Of a stretch of 37,378 nt of DNA, positions 17,801 through 26,938 are shown one piece after another (within the stretch, counting starts at the first letter, position 1; every line of letters starts with the position of its first letter). The DNA is taken from NCBI GenBank assembly GCA_024763435.1, contig JANTFN010000002.1:1-37378 (forward strand), in the 5' to 3' direction. The notes beneath the pieces were generated by a model, which was given only the letters and a program-made list of their open reading frames with translations, was not told where the DNA came from and ran no database searches. Both the position numbers and the translations under genes were made by a program. This DNA is from Thermodesulfobacteriota bacterium (GTDB lineage Bacteria; Desulfobacterota; S145-22).

Positions 17801-17991
17801 TCTTTTGCGGAAGCGCCCGGCATCCGAACAAAAACATCTATCATTGGCACGACAATTTGAGGCTCCTCTTCTCTTGGAAGCTCCAGTGTTGCCATAACAC
17901 CAATCAGGATGGAAGCAATAATGAACAGTGGGGTCAGTTTGGAATTTATGAACGTATGGGCAATTTTTCCGGCTAGCCCGATTTTTCTCAT
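14806..17991 (-). CDS. RND efflux transporter permease (AcrB/AcrD/AcrF superfamily, ~1061 aa)
   Basis: The length and the 12-transmembrane/two-large-loop layout are typical of the family. GGAGGAG lies immediately upstream of the second ATG (17991). The first ATG (18006) would place that Shine-Dalgarno sequence inside the ORF. Confidence 0.93.
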   Translation of the reverse strand: MRKIGLAGKIAHTFINSKLTPLFIIASILIGVMATLELPREEEPQIVVPMIDVFVRMPGASAKEVENRVTSPMERLLWEIPGVEYVYSTSKAGMSMVIVRFYVGQDEEKSIVRLNQKLYEHFDIIPPGCSPPLIRPRTIYDVPVCALTLHSNRYTAFTLRRIAAQVEEAVKRIPDVSETTLIGGQRRQIRVQLDPAKLDAYHLDPLRIMQMLKGANQQMPSGTLDRLNQEVVVETGNFLASREDIERLVVGAFRGRPVTLKNVARIEDGPEEPVSYVYYLTSGKPQEPAITLSIAKRKGANAISIVRKIAKKVDLLKGTIIPSDVTVTMTRDYGETSEDKSNELLFHMALAVFGVSLLIWFMLGLRVAGVVALAIPSTLSLTLAVYYFYGYTLNRITLFALIFCIAILVDDAIVVAENIIRHYHLPENRGRPLADIAVEAVDEVGNPTIIATFTVIAAVLPMAFVGGLMGPYMRPIPIGSSFAMLFSLGVAFVVTPWASLRLLKGKQEQQEEKESALTRLYRKVMGPLIHHTLWRWGFLIGIVVLLLAAFSMFGFKSVMVKMLPFDNKNEFQVIVDMDEGTPLEKTARVTREIAEYLQTIPQVVNIQTYTGTASPFNFQGLVRHYFLRRGANVADLQVNLINKHKRWIQSHDIAKEVRPKIDQIARKYGASVKVAEVPPGPPVMETLVAEIYGPDYPRQIALAHKIKKIFETTKDVVDVDWTVEANQPKWNLIVDKEKATLNGITTAQIAQLVRTVVRGMPVGLLHDPKEKENVAVLLRVPRAKRSALRDIQALRIQNRAGMLIPLKELTHVKKTIIDKSIYHKNLMPVVYVFGDVAGREESPVYAILKMGKKISKIKIPEGYEITQYSSHLPFSAKKFSMKWDGEWQITYEVFRDLGIAFAAVMILIYLLVVGWFRSYLTPLIIMSAIPFSLIGIIPGHWVMGAFFTATSMIGFIAGAGIVVRNSIILVDFIELRLREGMPLDEAVVDAGAVRFRPMVLTAMAVIITGAVILLDPIFKGLAIALMAGEVASLLLSRMAVPILYFITNKHLHHASDGEKKV

Positions 17992-18197
17992 ATCCACTCC
18001 TCCCATGGCGGTTCTTTTTTATATGAAACATGATTACGTTAAAGGAAAACTGCCATGAAATCAAGACTGATTTAAAATTTAAAATTGAGAAACTCCGAAA
18101 GGCCACTACTTTCTTTTATTGTGAATCGTTTTCTGGTAAAAGGTGAAGTGAATTACAGACCAGAGCAAAAAACAACGGAGAAACCACAGAAAAAACT

Positions 18198-19121
18198 ATG
18201 GCAGAAACAAAACAGAAGGCAGCAAGAGTACCTTTCCATTCAGGATTTGTGGCCCTTGTAGGCCCGCCAAATGTTGGCAAATCCACGCTCCTGAACAGGA
18301 TCATGGGGGGACATTTTTCTATTGTCACCGAAAAACCGCAAACCACGCGGACGTCTATTCGTGCCATTAAGAATCTACCGCATGCCCAGGTTATTTTTGT
18401 AGATACCCCCGGCGTACATCATTCGAGAAAGGCCTTCAACCGTTTACTGGTTCAGTCGGCGGAGGCTGCCAGCCGGGACGCAGATATGATCCTGTGCATG
18501 ATTTCAGCCGACAAAATTGAAAGCCTTGATAATTCACTTATGTTTTCGATGGTAGCGGCTATTCCCGGAATACCAAAGGCGCTTGCCATCAACAAGATAG
18601 ATAAAGTTCCGGCAGGCCGCCTGCCGTTTCTGCAAGAAAAGGCCAATGTCCAATTTATTTTTGATAAAATTTTTCCTGTTTCCGCCCTCGCGGGAACGGG
18701 TGTTGACGCGCTTGTTGAAGAAGCGGCACTTTTACTCCCAGAAGGACCACCTCTTTTTCCTCCGGATATGGAAACGGATATGACGGAAAGATTTTATGCC
18801 TCCGAGGTTATCAGGGAAAAAATATTTTCTCTCACAAAGGAAGAAATTCCTTATAATATCGCAGTTGGTATTGAGCGATTCAAGGAAGACACGCAAAAGA
18901 AGATGCTTATTATTTCCGCTGTTATTCATGTTAACCGGGAAAGTCAGAAGCGAATTATCATCGGTAAAAAAGGAACGCTTATCCGGGAAATCGGGAAACT
19001 GGCGCGAAAGGACCTGGAAAATTTTTTTGGGGTTCATATTTTTCTGGAGCTTTGGGTGCGTGTAAGTCGTAACTGGATAAAGAATCAGTCCATGCTGAAA
19101 GAGCTTGGTCTGAGGGGGTAA
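18198..19121 (+). CDS. era: GTPase Era
   Basis: G1 GPPNVGKST, DTPG, NKID and a C-terminal KH domain (VIHVNRESQKRIIIGKKG). Confidence 0.95.
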   Translation: MAETKQKAARVPFHSGFVALVGPPNVGKSTLLNRIMGGHFSIVTEKPQTTRTSIRAIKNLPHAQVIFVDTPGVHHSRKAFNRLLVQSAEAASRDADMILCMISADKIESLDNSLMFSMVAAIPGIPKALAINKIDKVPAGRLPFLQEKANVQFIFDKIFPVSALAGTGVDALVEEAALLLPEGPPLFPPDMETDMTERFYASEVIREKIFSLTKEEIPYNIAVGIERFKEDTQKKMLIISAVIHVNRESQKRIIIGKKGTLIREIGKLARKDLENFFGVHIFLELWVRVSRNWIKNQSMLKELGLRG

Positions 19122-19135
19122 CAGAGGAGTTCTGT

Positions 19136-20125
19136 ATGGAATCATTGGGTGTGACCTTAAAAAAGCTGAGGGAAGAAAAAGGGTTAACGGTCAAAGATAT
19201 TTCCGAGGCGACAAAAATCCGCGAGCCCCTGATTCTTGCGCTGGAGGCGGAAGAGTGGGAAAAGCTCCCGGAAAAGATTTTTATTCGGGGGTTTGTCCGG
19301 TCTTTTATTCAGGCTGTTGACGGAGATGTATCCCTGATTCTTGACATGTTTGAATCAGCCTGCCCGGGGGAAGAGGGAAAAATTGTTTATCCAGATTACC
19401 AGCAGAGGACCTTTAAGGGTTTGGAGCGAAAACACCGAAAATATTTATGGGTCATCGTTGTCGTTATTTTTCTGATAGGAATCGGCGGGGGGCTTGCTTA
19501 TTATTTTTTCAGCCCTTCTGAAAGTGTAGAGCTAATGGAAAAAACATCAGAGGTAAAGGACGTCCCCGCTGCGACAACGGAGACATCCGATAAGGGGAAG
19601 GATATCGGAAAAACTCAAAATAGTGAGGTAATAACAGGGGAAGCACCTGGAGAAACCGCCCTTTCGGAACAAGCCGGGGAGGAGCAGGGTTCTCAGGAAA
19701 ATCTTCCCCCGCAATCGGGCTCATCGGCGGCACAAAACGAAGCAACCGGCGTGAAGGCGCCCGCCAGGGAGAAGGCCTCTGCGCCTCCTGAGGCTACCGA
19801 ACAACCGGCAGTGATCGATGGAGAAAAGAAAAAAGAAAGCCCTGCCAGGGATGTCCCGGAAAAGACGGCGCCCGTTGAGAAACGGGGAAATCTCGTCATC
19901 AAGGCAAAAATGGAAACATGGATAAGCCTGAAGATTGACGGAAAGGCCCATAAGGAAATCCTCCTGAAACCTGGAGATCGATTTAAAGTACAGGTTCAAA
20001 AGACCGCCGATTTGCTGATAGGCAATGCGGGGGGGATTGATATAGAATTTAATGGAAAGGCCCTTGCCCCTGTTGGAAAATCAGGGCAGGTTGTCCGCTT
20101 GAAACTGCCTTTGGAAAAAAATTAG
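19136..20125 (+). CDS. rodZ: RodZ-like cytoskeleton-associated protein (HTH, transmembrane segment, low-complexity linker, DUF4115-like C-terminus)
   Basis: N-terminal [28 protein letters not shown] and [10 protein letters not shown]. One transmembrane segment [24 protein letters not shown]-rich linker. C-terminal beta domain. Confidence 0.85.
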   Translation: MESLGVTLKKLREEKGLTVKDISEATKIREPLILALEAEEWEKLPEKIFIRGFVRSFIQAVDGDVSLILDMFESACPGEEGKIVYPDYQQRTFKGLERKHRKYLWVIVVVIFLIGIGGGLAYYFFSPSESVELMEKTSEVKDVPAATTETSDKGKDIGKTQNSEVITGEAPGETALSEQAGEEQGSQENLPPQSGSSAAQNEATGVKAPAREKASAPPEATEQPAVIDGEKKKESPARDVPEKTAPVEKRGNLVIKAKMETWISLKIDGKAHKEILLKPGDRFKVQVQKTADLLIGNAGGIDIEFNGKALAPVGKSGQVVRLKLPLEKN

Positions 20126-21144
20126 AAAAGATTTTTTTGGGCATCAGCCGCGGGTTTGCGTTTGAAATGCTGATAAGCGGCAGGTGTGGCAATACGGCCT
20201 CGTGGTGTCCGCTTGATAAATCCCTGTTGAATCAGGAAAGGTTCATAAACATCCTCAATAGTTTCCTTGTCCTCGCTCAGGGATGTGGCGAGGGTATCCA
20301 GCCCCACAGGCCCCCCGTTAAATTTATCCAGAATAGCCAGCAATAGCCGCTGGTCCATGGGGTCAAATCCGCGCTTGTCAATTTCCATGGCAAGAAGCGC
20401 CTTGTCCGCGACTTCAAGGGTGATAATCCCCTCTGCCTTTACCTCGGCAAAATCCCTGACGCGCTTGAGAAGGCGGTTTGCAATCCTTGGCGTTCCACGT
20501 GATCTGGCGGCAATTTCCGACGCGCCGTCTTCTTTAATAGGAATTCCAAGAATTTTTGAGGAGCGTAAAACCAGGGTAGTGAGGTCGTTTGCCGAATAAA
20601 AATCAAGGCGTTGGACGATTCCGAACCGATCCCGAAGGGGTGAGGTGAGCATACCGGCACGGGTGGTGGCGCCAACGAGGGTAAAGGGTGCCAAATCGAG
20701 CTTGATGGAGCGGGCACTTGGCCCCTGACCGATGACGACATCAAGCTGAAATTCTTCCATGGCCGGGTAAAGAATTTCCTCAATCACGTGACTTAATCGG
20801 TGTATCTCGTCAATAAAGAGGACATCTCCGGGCGAAAGATTGGTCAGGATTGCCGCCAGGTCTCCCGGCCTTTCAATAACAGGACCGGAGGTGGCGCGGA
20901 TATGAACTGCCATTTCCCTCGAAATAATATGTGCGAGGGTGGTTTTCCCCAGCCCGGGGGGGCCATAAAAAAGGACATGGTCAAGACTTTCTTTGCGGTT
21001 TTTCGCGGCCTGAAGGTAGATGGAAAGACGCTCTTTAACCTTGTTCTGTCCAATATATTCATCAAGGGCCACGGGACGAAGGCTCGTCTCCATCACAATA
21101 TCTTCTTCGTTTGGTTCCGGATGCAAAAGGGTGCGTTCGTCCAT
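20122..21144 (-). CDS. ruvB: Holliday junction branch migration helicase RuvB
   Basis: [12 protein letters not shown], Walker [10 protein letters not shown], and DEIHRL. Confidence 0.97.
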   Translation of the reverse strand: MDERTLLHPEPNEEDIVMETSLRPVALDEYIGQNKVKERLSIYLQAAKNRKESLDHVLFYGPPGLGKTTLAHIISREMAVHIRATSGPVIERPGDLAAILTNLSPGDVLFIDEIHRLSHVIEEILYPAMEEFQLDVVIGQGPSARSIKLDLAPFTLVGATTRAGMLTSPLRDRFGIVQRLDFYSANDLTTLVLRSSKILGIPIKEDGASEIAARSRGTPRIANRLLKRVRDFAEVKAEGIITLEVADKALLAMEIDKRGFDPMDQRLLLAILDKFNGGPVGLDTLATSLSEDKETIEDVYEPFLIQQGFIKRTPRGRIATPAAYQHFKRKPAADAQKNLF

Positions 21145-21147
21145 GGC

Positions 21148-21759
21148 TTATCTTTGAAGGTCTTTAAGCGCGCGTTTAATTACACTGGCAAGAGAACTGT
21201 TTGCCTCAGGGGCACTAAGGATTTCTCGGACGGTTTTAGATGAGAGCTGGGCATTGAAACCCAGGTTTACAAGGGCCGAAACAGCGTCCATAAAAACTGA
21301 AGGAGAAGAGTTAATTGGTGTTCCGGTCCCTTCGGAAGGGATGGCCGATATGGCAAGAGCGGGTGATATCTCTTTTAATTCCAAAGTCATCCGAGCCGCC
21401 ATTTTTTTGCCTATTCCAGGAATTGCCTGCAGCCTTGAGGCGTCACTCGAAGCAAGGGCAACCTTCAGCTCTTCCACGGAGATGCCGGAAAGAATATTAA
21501 TGGCCAGACGTGGGCCAATACCGGAAACACGGATGAGGTGCCGAAACCATTCGCGCTCCAGACGATTGGAAAACCCGTAGAGGCTTATAAGATCTTCCCG
21601 GACATGCGTATGAACGTGCAGGGATAGCGCCTCGCCTGCTTCGGGCAGGGTGTAGTAGGTCGACAAGGGGATAAAGACGTGATAGCCGACACCGCCGACA
21701 TCAAGGGTTAACTCTCCCGTATTTTTTTCCAGCAGGGTTCCCTTCAGCCAGGCAATCAT
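21148..21759 (-). CDS. ruvA: Holliday junction DNA-binding protein RuvA
   Basis: MIAWLKGTL...GGVGYHV and HhH motifs GIGPRLA and PGIGKKMA. Confidence 0.95.
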   Translation of the reverse strand: MIAWLKGTLLEKNTGELTLDVGGVGYHVFIPLSTYYTLPEAGEALSLHVHTHVREDLISLYGFSNRLEREWFRHLIRVSGIGPRLAINILSGISVEELKVALASSDASRLQAIPGIGKKMAARMTLELKEISPALAISAIPSEGTGTPINSSPSVFMDAVSALVNLGFNAQLSSKTVREILSAPEANSSLASVIKRALKDLQR

Positions 21760-22250
21760 TGTATTCCCCTTTTAAACAGACCACCCTGAATATGCTGGAG
21801 ACAGCAAATTGCTGCCGCAAGGGCATCCGCGCCGTCGTAGGTTAAGTCACTTTTGATAACAAGAAGTCTTTGAACCATTGTCTTGACCTGCTCTTTGTCT
21901 GCTCTTCCGTACCCCGCGACGGCCTGTTTAATTTCAAGGGCACTGTATTCGTGTATATCAATGTTTTTTAAAATCCCCGGCAGCATGGCAACTCCCCTCG
22001 CATGGCCGAGAAGCAGCGCGGAATGCGGATTTTTGGCAAAAAAAACCTTTTCAATTGCGAGAACATCGGGCCGGTAAGTTTCAATAATATCGGAAATTTC
22101 CTTGAAGATAAGCCCCAGGCGCTTAAAAAGTGATTTCTTTTTCGGCATTTTGATGATCCCGTGGGCAAGGTAATGCGGGGTCTGATCTTCTGAAAAAACG
22201 ATACCATATCCGGTAATGTGCGAACCGGGATCTATCCCGAGCACTTTCAT
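21756..22250 (-). CDS. ruvC: Holliday junction resolvase RuvC
   Basis: MKVLGIDPGS..TGYG and the size. The stop overlaps the ruvA start by 4 nt. Confidence 0.95.
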   Translation of the reverse strand: MKVLGIDPGSHITGYGIVFSEDQTPHYLAHGIIKMPKKKSLFKRLGLIFKEISDIIETYRPDVLAIEKVFFAKNPHSALLLGHARGVAMLPGILKNIDIHEYSALEIKQAVAGYGRADKEQVKTMVQRLLVIKSDLTYDGADALAAAICCLQHIQGGLFKRGIQ

Positions 22251-22261
22251 TGGCTTCTGTT

Positions 22262-23005
22262 TCAGATGTTTTCCATGATGGATTCAGAAATGTCAAAATT
22301 CGCATAGGCATTCTGCACATCTTCGGCATCATCAAGGGCATCCATCAGCTTAAGCATTTTTTCCGCATCCTTTCCCTCAAGGGGAACGGTATTCTGGGGA
22401 ATCATGCCTATTTCGGCGACGAGGTATGAAAGGCCCGCTTTGTCAAAGGCCTCTTTTACCTGAATAAAATTAGAAGGGTCTGTCGTAACTTCAAATTCCT
22501 TCTCCGATTCAGTGATGTCATCGGCACCAGCCTCGAGGGCAATATCCATGATGTCATCTTCGGAAACTGAATCTTTTGAAAAAACAATGAGACCTTTTTT
22601 GTCAAACATCCAGGAGACACACCCGTTTTCACCCAGGTTTCCGCCATGTTTTGAAAAAATATGACGGACATCGGCAATACTCCGGTTTTTGTTGTCTGTG
22701 AGGATTTCAATTAGAATGGCAACCCCGCCGGGGCCATAACCCTCATAGACGATCTCCTCGTACTGGACACCTTCGAGTTCACCCGTTCCCTTTTTGATAG
22801 CCCTTTCAATATTATCCTTGGGCATATTTTCCGCTTTTGCGCCGGCCATAGCGGCCCGCAGTCGCGGGTTTGACTCAGGATCACCGCCACCCATGCGAGC
22901 CGCGACGGTAATTTCTTTAATGAGTTTAGTAAAAATCTTACCGCGTTTGGCATCCAGTGCGCCTTTTTTTCGTTTGATGGTACTCCATTTTGAATGGCCT
23001 GACAT
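22262..23005 (-). CDS. yebC: YebC/PmpR-family transcriptional regulator
   Basis: The N-terminus [28 protein letters not shown] is diagnostic of the family. Confidence 0.95.
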   Translation of the reverse strand: MSGHSKWSTIKRKKGALDAKRGKIFTKLIKEITVAARMGGGDPESNPRLRAAMAGAKAENMPKDNIERAIKKGTGELEGVQYEEIVYEGYGPGGVAILIEILTDNKNRSIADVRHIFSKHGGNLGENGCVSWMFDKKGLIVFSKDSVSEDDIMDIALEAGADDITESEKEFEVTTDPSNFIQVKEAFDKAGLSYLVAEIGMIPQNTVPLEGKDAEKMLKLMDALDDAEDVQNAYANFDISESIMENI

Positions 23006-23040
23006 AGCTACCTCTTCATAAACGATAGAAATTTAATTCA

Positions 23041-23115
23041 TGGTGGGCGGTACTGGGATTGAACCAGTGGCTTCTACCGTGTGAAGGTAGCACTCTCCCT
23101 CTGAGTTAACCGCCC
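23041..23115 (-). tRNA. tRNA-Val (anticodon CAC), CCA encoded
   Basis: The reverse complement folds as GGGCGGT-TA-ACTC-AGAGGGA-GAGT-G-CTACC-TTCACAC-GGTAG-AAGCC-ACTGG-TTCAATC-CCAGT-ACCGCCC-A-CCA. All four stems are fully paired. Confidence 0.9.
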
Positions 23116-23134
23116 ACATTCAAATTCTTGCGAA

Positions 23135-23163
23135 AACATATCAAAAGTTCACCATGTTGTCAA
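23135..23163 (-). promoter_or_regulatory. Candidate sigma70 promoter for tRNA-Val
   Basis: On the minus strand: TTGACA (23163-23158), a 17-nt spacer, then TATGTT (23140-23135). The -10 box ends about 20 nt upstream of the tRNA 5' end. Confidence 0.55.
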
Positions 23164-23232
23164 ACAAAACAGGGAACACATACCGCTGTCTAACGTGAAA
23201 AATAGACGGGATGTTAGCACCAGCGGAACTGC

Positions 23233-23670
23233 TTACTGGCTTTCATTTTCACCCGTTTCACCCAATTTCTGCCGGAATTGATCAGCGGTATTTTCCATAT
23301 TTTCTAAAATCTTCTTTGCAGTTGCAACAGTTTTGATATTGCCGCAAATTCCCAGACTGTGTCTCAGGACGGGCCCCTGTTTCCCGTAAGTGTTAGAGGA
23401 GATAATAAGAGAATAAGCGCAACTGGGCCGGTTTTTGATTTTTACCGAGAGAAACTCACAGACAAGCATGGAGCCCTCATCGCCGGCAGCCTTCAAAGAG
23501 GCTGAATCACTGATGCCCCGCCTGATAAGGGTAACAAGTCGTTTCCCGACACTGTCATCCTGGCCGGATTGCGCGTTGAATTTAACGGCTATTTTTGTTT
23601 GGGCAATGCAGATAGAGGATGCAGAGAGAATACAAAAAACGATGGATATCTGTGCGAAACGTCTGAACAT
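23233..23670 (-). CDS. Small exported protein of unknown function (145 aa)
   Basis: I chose the internal ATG at 23670 because GGGGAGGAA lies 6 nt upstream of it. It gives a signal-peptide-like N-terminus, MFRRFAQISIVFCILSASSICIAQT. I recognised no family. Confidence 0.5.
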   Translation of the reverse strand: MFRRFAQISIVFCILSASSICIAQTKIAVKFNAQSGQDDSVGKRLVTLIRRGISDSASLKAAGDEGSMLVCEFLSVKIKNRPSCAYSLIISSNTYGKQGPVLRHSLGICGNIKTVATAKKILENMENTADQFRQKLGETGENESQ

Positions 23671-23744
23671 GGTATTTCCTCCCCGGCAATCTCCAAAGGG
23701 TTTATCGGATAGTGTTTTACACCTGTTACCGCCCCTGCTCATGC

Positions 23745-23820
23745 TGGTGCCCCCGGCACGATTCGAACGTGCGGCACCAGGATTAGGAATCCTGTGCTCT
23801 ATCCCCTGAGCTACGGGGGC
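23745..23820 (-). tRNA. tRNA-Arg (anticodon CCT), CCA encoded
   Basis: The reverse complement folds as GCCCCCG-TA-GCTC-AGGGGATA-GAGC-A-CAGGA-TTCCTAA-TCCTG-GTGCC-GCACG-TTCGAAT-CGTGC-CGGGGGC-A-CCA. Confidence 0.9.
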
Positions 23821-23830
23821 ATCTTAGTCT

Positions 23831-23859
23831 AAATATCAGAATTGCCGCAGATTGTCAAA
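23831..23859 (-). promoter_or_regulatory. Candidate sigma70 promoter for tRNA-Arg
   Basis: On the minus strand: TTGACA (23859-23854), a 17-nt spacer, then TATTTA (23836-23831), immediately upstream of the tRNA 5' end at 23820. Confidence 0.5.
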
Positions 23860-23872
23860 ACCGCGAAGACCG

Positions 23873-26575
23873 TTAAATAATATCGTCCACAACAGAAATA
23901 ATATCTTTTATCTTAAAGGGTTTCTTAATAAACTTTTTGACACCAAGTTTAAGGAGTTTTTTAGCCTCCTCGTCGGAGGCCACGGCGGAAATAACGATAA
24001 TTGGAAGATTCTTGACATTTTTAAATAGCCAGCCAATGAGCTCAACGCCATTCATTCTCGGCATGACAAGATCCAGAATAGCAACATCGTAATGAGTCTC
24101 TTTTAGAAAATCGAGGGCGACGAGGCCATCTTCCGCGGCATCAACATCCGTGGTTTCATCCGTGAGATTCTCTTTTAAAACCTCTCTGAGATATTGTTCG
24201 TCTTCAACCACCAGAATCCGACGCTTTTTCGCAGACACCGTATCTTTTTTGTCCGTGTATGCCCGGGCCACATCGCTTAAAGCGGGGCTCTGGTCAATGG
24301 GCAACCAGACGTGAAAGGAAGTTCCCTTTCCTTCTTCACTTTCAACAATAATTTTCCCGCCATTGATTTCGATAATTCTCTGCGAAATAGGAAGCCCCAA
24401 GCCTGTTCCTTTGCCTTCTGTTTTAGTTGTAAAGAAGGGATCGAATATTCTCGGCAGGTCTTCTTTTTTTATTCCGGTGCCGTTATCCGTTACAGAGACA
24501 ATGACATAATTTTTCACAACCTCTGTTCCTACACTTATCTCTCCGCTTTCCTCTAAGGCATGCCTGGCATTTATGACGAGGTTTATCAGAACCTGCTCAA
24601 TTTGCTTCGCGTCTGCGAACACAAAGGGCAGGTCTTCCGGTATATTGACGTTGAAAAGAATGCCTTTGAGGCTTACACGCGCGTTGATAACAGACTCGAC
24701 CTGGCCCAGGATGTCCCGAAGATGGATGGTCTCTTTTTTCGGCTTCGTGGGGCGTGCGAAATTCATCAGGTCTGAGGTTATTTTTGCAATTCTATCCGTC
24801 TGGCCAAGGATCACCTGGACAAATTTTTCGCCATCTTCTTTGCTTATTTTTTTCTCAAGCATCTGCGCCTTAACCGAGATAACAGCCAGGGGGTTGTTGA
24901 TTTCATGGGCCGCACCCGTTGCCAGTTGCCCGATGAGGGCAAGGCGCTGCTGGTGAATCATGCGTTCTTCACTCATCCCCAGTTTGCTGGAAAAGGTTGA
25001 AAGTTTTTCTTCTCTATGACTGATATTTTCCAGAGAGGTAATAATTGTTAACATACCGGACAAAACGCCCGAGAAACTATCAAGAAAGGGGGAAAAATCT
25101 ATACCATTCATTGCCGTTTCAGAATTTTCGGCGATTCGGCAAACAGCTCCCCCGGCCAGGATTTTCCCGCCATTAACATCGGAGAGGAAGAGGGGAACAG
25201 TCCATGTGAAAAGTGTTGTATCCGTCATAGATGGATTACGGGGTTTTTTTACAAAGGATTTTCCCTGCGTATAGGCCTCTTTCAGGCTTTCCCGCACTTC
25301 ATCACCGCTGTTAAAGGAGCTAAAGACAGTATCAAAATTTATAGCCTCAGCCTTGGGGTTCAAAATTCTTTCAGAGATTTCATCTTGCGTGACCTTGTAA
25401 AGGTAAACCTTGCCATCCGGGGCGGAAGAAAAATAAAAAACAAGCTCCTGTGCTGCCGCAAGGTGAGAGAAAAATTCCCAGGCAGCCAGAGCGAGTGTTT
25501 TAATCCAGGGTTGTGATGCGCAATGACTGATAAAAGCAGATAAAGCCTCGACATATTTTTCCAGAAAATAGAGCCGCGTTTGTTCCGCCTCTGCCTCAAT
25601 ATGCATCTTCCCAAGGGCAAGGTTGGCGTCACACAGGATTGAAACAAGGTCGTTTTCTGAGTTGGCCTCTGCTTCCAGTAACTGGGAGTATTCCCCCATT
25701 TTTGTATAAATATAGGCAAGAAGGGTTCGGATATCCGATTCCTTGATTTCCCATAATTCCTTCACCATATTAAAGGTGTTGGTATAATGGAGATGGCATC
25801 CCAGTTTAAAGCTGCTGTTGGAAAAGTAGTTTTCTCCTATCCCATAAACGTTGCATAAGGAATCTACGAACCTGACAAGTTGCGGCAATGTTTTTTGCGA
25901 ACCGTCAGATGAAAAAGGTTGATGGTGAAGCCATATACAATTTACAACCTCTTCCGGAAGTCCCCATTTTTCCGCGGCCCATTTACCCACAATCGTGTGA
26001 TCAACATGCCATATTTCGTTTTCCAGCATCAGGGGAGGTGTGTTGCGCTGGTCAAGATAGGATTGCGTCCCCAGCTTGTCGAGAAGGCTATCGAGCATCG
26101 AGGGGGCCTGAGAATAAATGATAAGTTTTCCAAGGTCGTGAAGAAGCCCTCCCAAAAAGCACTCCTCTTTGCCGGGGAGGTGTTTGCTTTGTGAACAGAA
26201 CCATTCGCATGCCAGGGCACACCCAATGGCGTGTTTCCAGAAGGCATGGAAGATTTCTTTATCTCCATTCCTGAAGGTGTCAAAGATAGCGGACGTGAGG
26301 ATGATGTTTCTGAGGATTCTACGTCCCAGAATCGTAATAGCCCTGGGTATTGTCAAAACTGGCCTGCGGCGGCCAAACAGGGCGGAATTGGAGATCCTCA
26401 GAATCCTGGATGCCAGTGCCGGGTCCAGTTTAATCTTTTCCGCCAGGTCCTCGACCTCAGATGTTTCGTCAATGACAGCGTGGATAAGGGGGATAGCAAT
26501 ACCGGGGAGAGACGGAATTTGATCCGGTGAGGAGATAAAACTTTTTGAAATTGAAGGGTTTTCCTTGTTTTCCAT
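23873..26575 (-). CDS. Soluble hybrid sensor: HDOD domain, unassigned central region, HisKA/HATPase histidine kinase, C-terminal receiver (900 aa)
   Basis: HDOD-like N-terminus (LPSLPGIAIPLIHAVIDETSEVEDLAEKIKLDPALASRILRISNSALFG, later HDLGK). H-box GAAHEINNPLAV. N, G1 and G2 boxes (NLVINARHA, DNGTGI, GTGLGL). Receiver RILVVEDE...AILDLVMPRMNG...KKPF. I saw no clear transmembrane segment. Confidence 0.9.
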   Translation of the reverse strand: MENKENPSISKSFISSPDQIPSLPGIAIPLIHAVIDETSEVEDLAEKIKLDPALASRILRISNSALFGRRRPVLTIPRAITILGRRILRNIILTSAIFDTFRNGDKEIFHAFWKHAIGCALACEWFCSQSKHLPGKEECFLGGLLHDLGKLIIYSQAPSMLDSLLDKLGTQSYLDQRNTPPLMLENEIWHVDHTIVGKWAAEKWGLPEEVVNCIWLHHQPFSSDGSQKTLPQLVRFVDSLCNVYGIGENYFSNSSFKLGCHLHYTNTFNMVKELWEIKESDIRTLLAYIYTKMGEYSQLLEAEANSENDLVSILCDANLALGKMHIEAEAEQTRLYFLEKYVEALSAFISHCASQPWIKTLALAAWEFFSHLAAAQELVFYFSSAPDGKVYLYKVTQDEISERILNPKAEAINFDTVFSSFNSGDEVRESLKEAYTQGKSFVKKPRNPSMTDTTLFTWTVPLFLSDVNGGKILAGGAVCRIAENSETAMNGIDFSPFLDSFSGVLSGMLTIITSLENISHREEKLSTFSSKLGMSEERMIHQQRLALIGQLATGAAHEINNPLAVISVKAQMLEKKISKEDGEKFVQVILGQTDRIAKITSDLMNFARPTKPKKETIHLRDILGQVESVINARVSLKGILFNVNIPEDLPFVFADAKQIEQVLINLVINARHALEESGEISVGTEVVKNYVIVSVTDNGTGIKKEDLPRIFDPFFTTKTEGKGTGLGLPISQRIIEINGGKIIVESEEGKGTSFHVWLPIDQSPALSDVARAYTDKKDTVSAKKRRILVVEDEQYLREVLKENLTDETTDVDAAEDGLVALDFLKETHYDVAILDLVMPRMNGVELIGWLFKNVKNLPIIVISAVASDEEAKKLLKLGVKKFIKKPFKIKDIISVVDDII

Positions 26576-26938
26576 ATTTCACCCGGAATCTTCGTAACAC
26601 ATAAAAATACAAAAATCAAGTATAATTTTACATTATTTTGCACTAATTTAGGTAAAATTAGGCAAAAAGAGATAAAAAGATTTAAAAATATAGATTATTT
26701 CAGTTTATTTAATACCATACTAACGCTATAAACCCCTGTCTTTCTCTGGGGCGCTTCTTTACAGGCACAAATACGAGTTTCTACAAATCCACTTGGATCA
26801 GGAAAAAGTCGCGGGGTTAAAACCGTGCCTATAAGTGCAAAACGTCTATGGTCGGTTCCGGAAATTGAATCAAGGCAAAAAGGCATTTCCACGCGAGAGA
26901 GGCTTGCCTTTCCTTCATTTTTTTCCTTTGCAACGCCG

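Noticed and set aside
20122-20125. The convergent rodZ and ruvB genes have overlapping stop codons (TTAG), leaving no intergenic terminator
   Set aside because: The overlap is real in the sequence, but compact convergent gene ends are common and it needs no special explanation.
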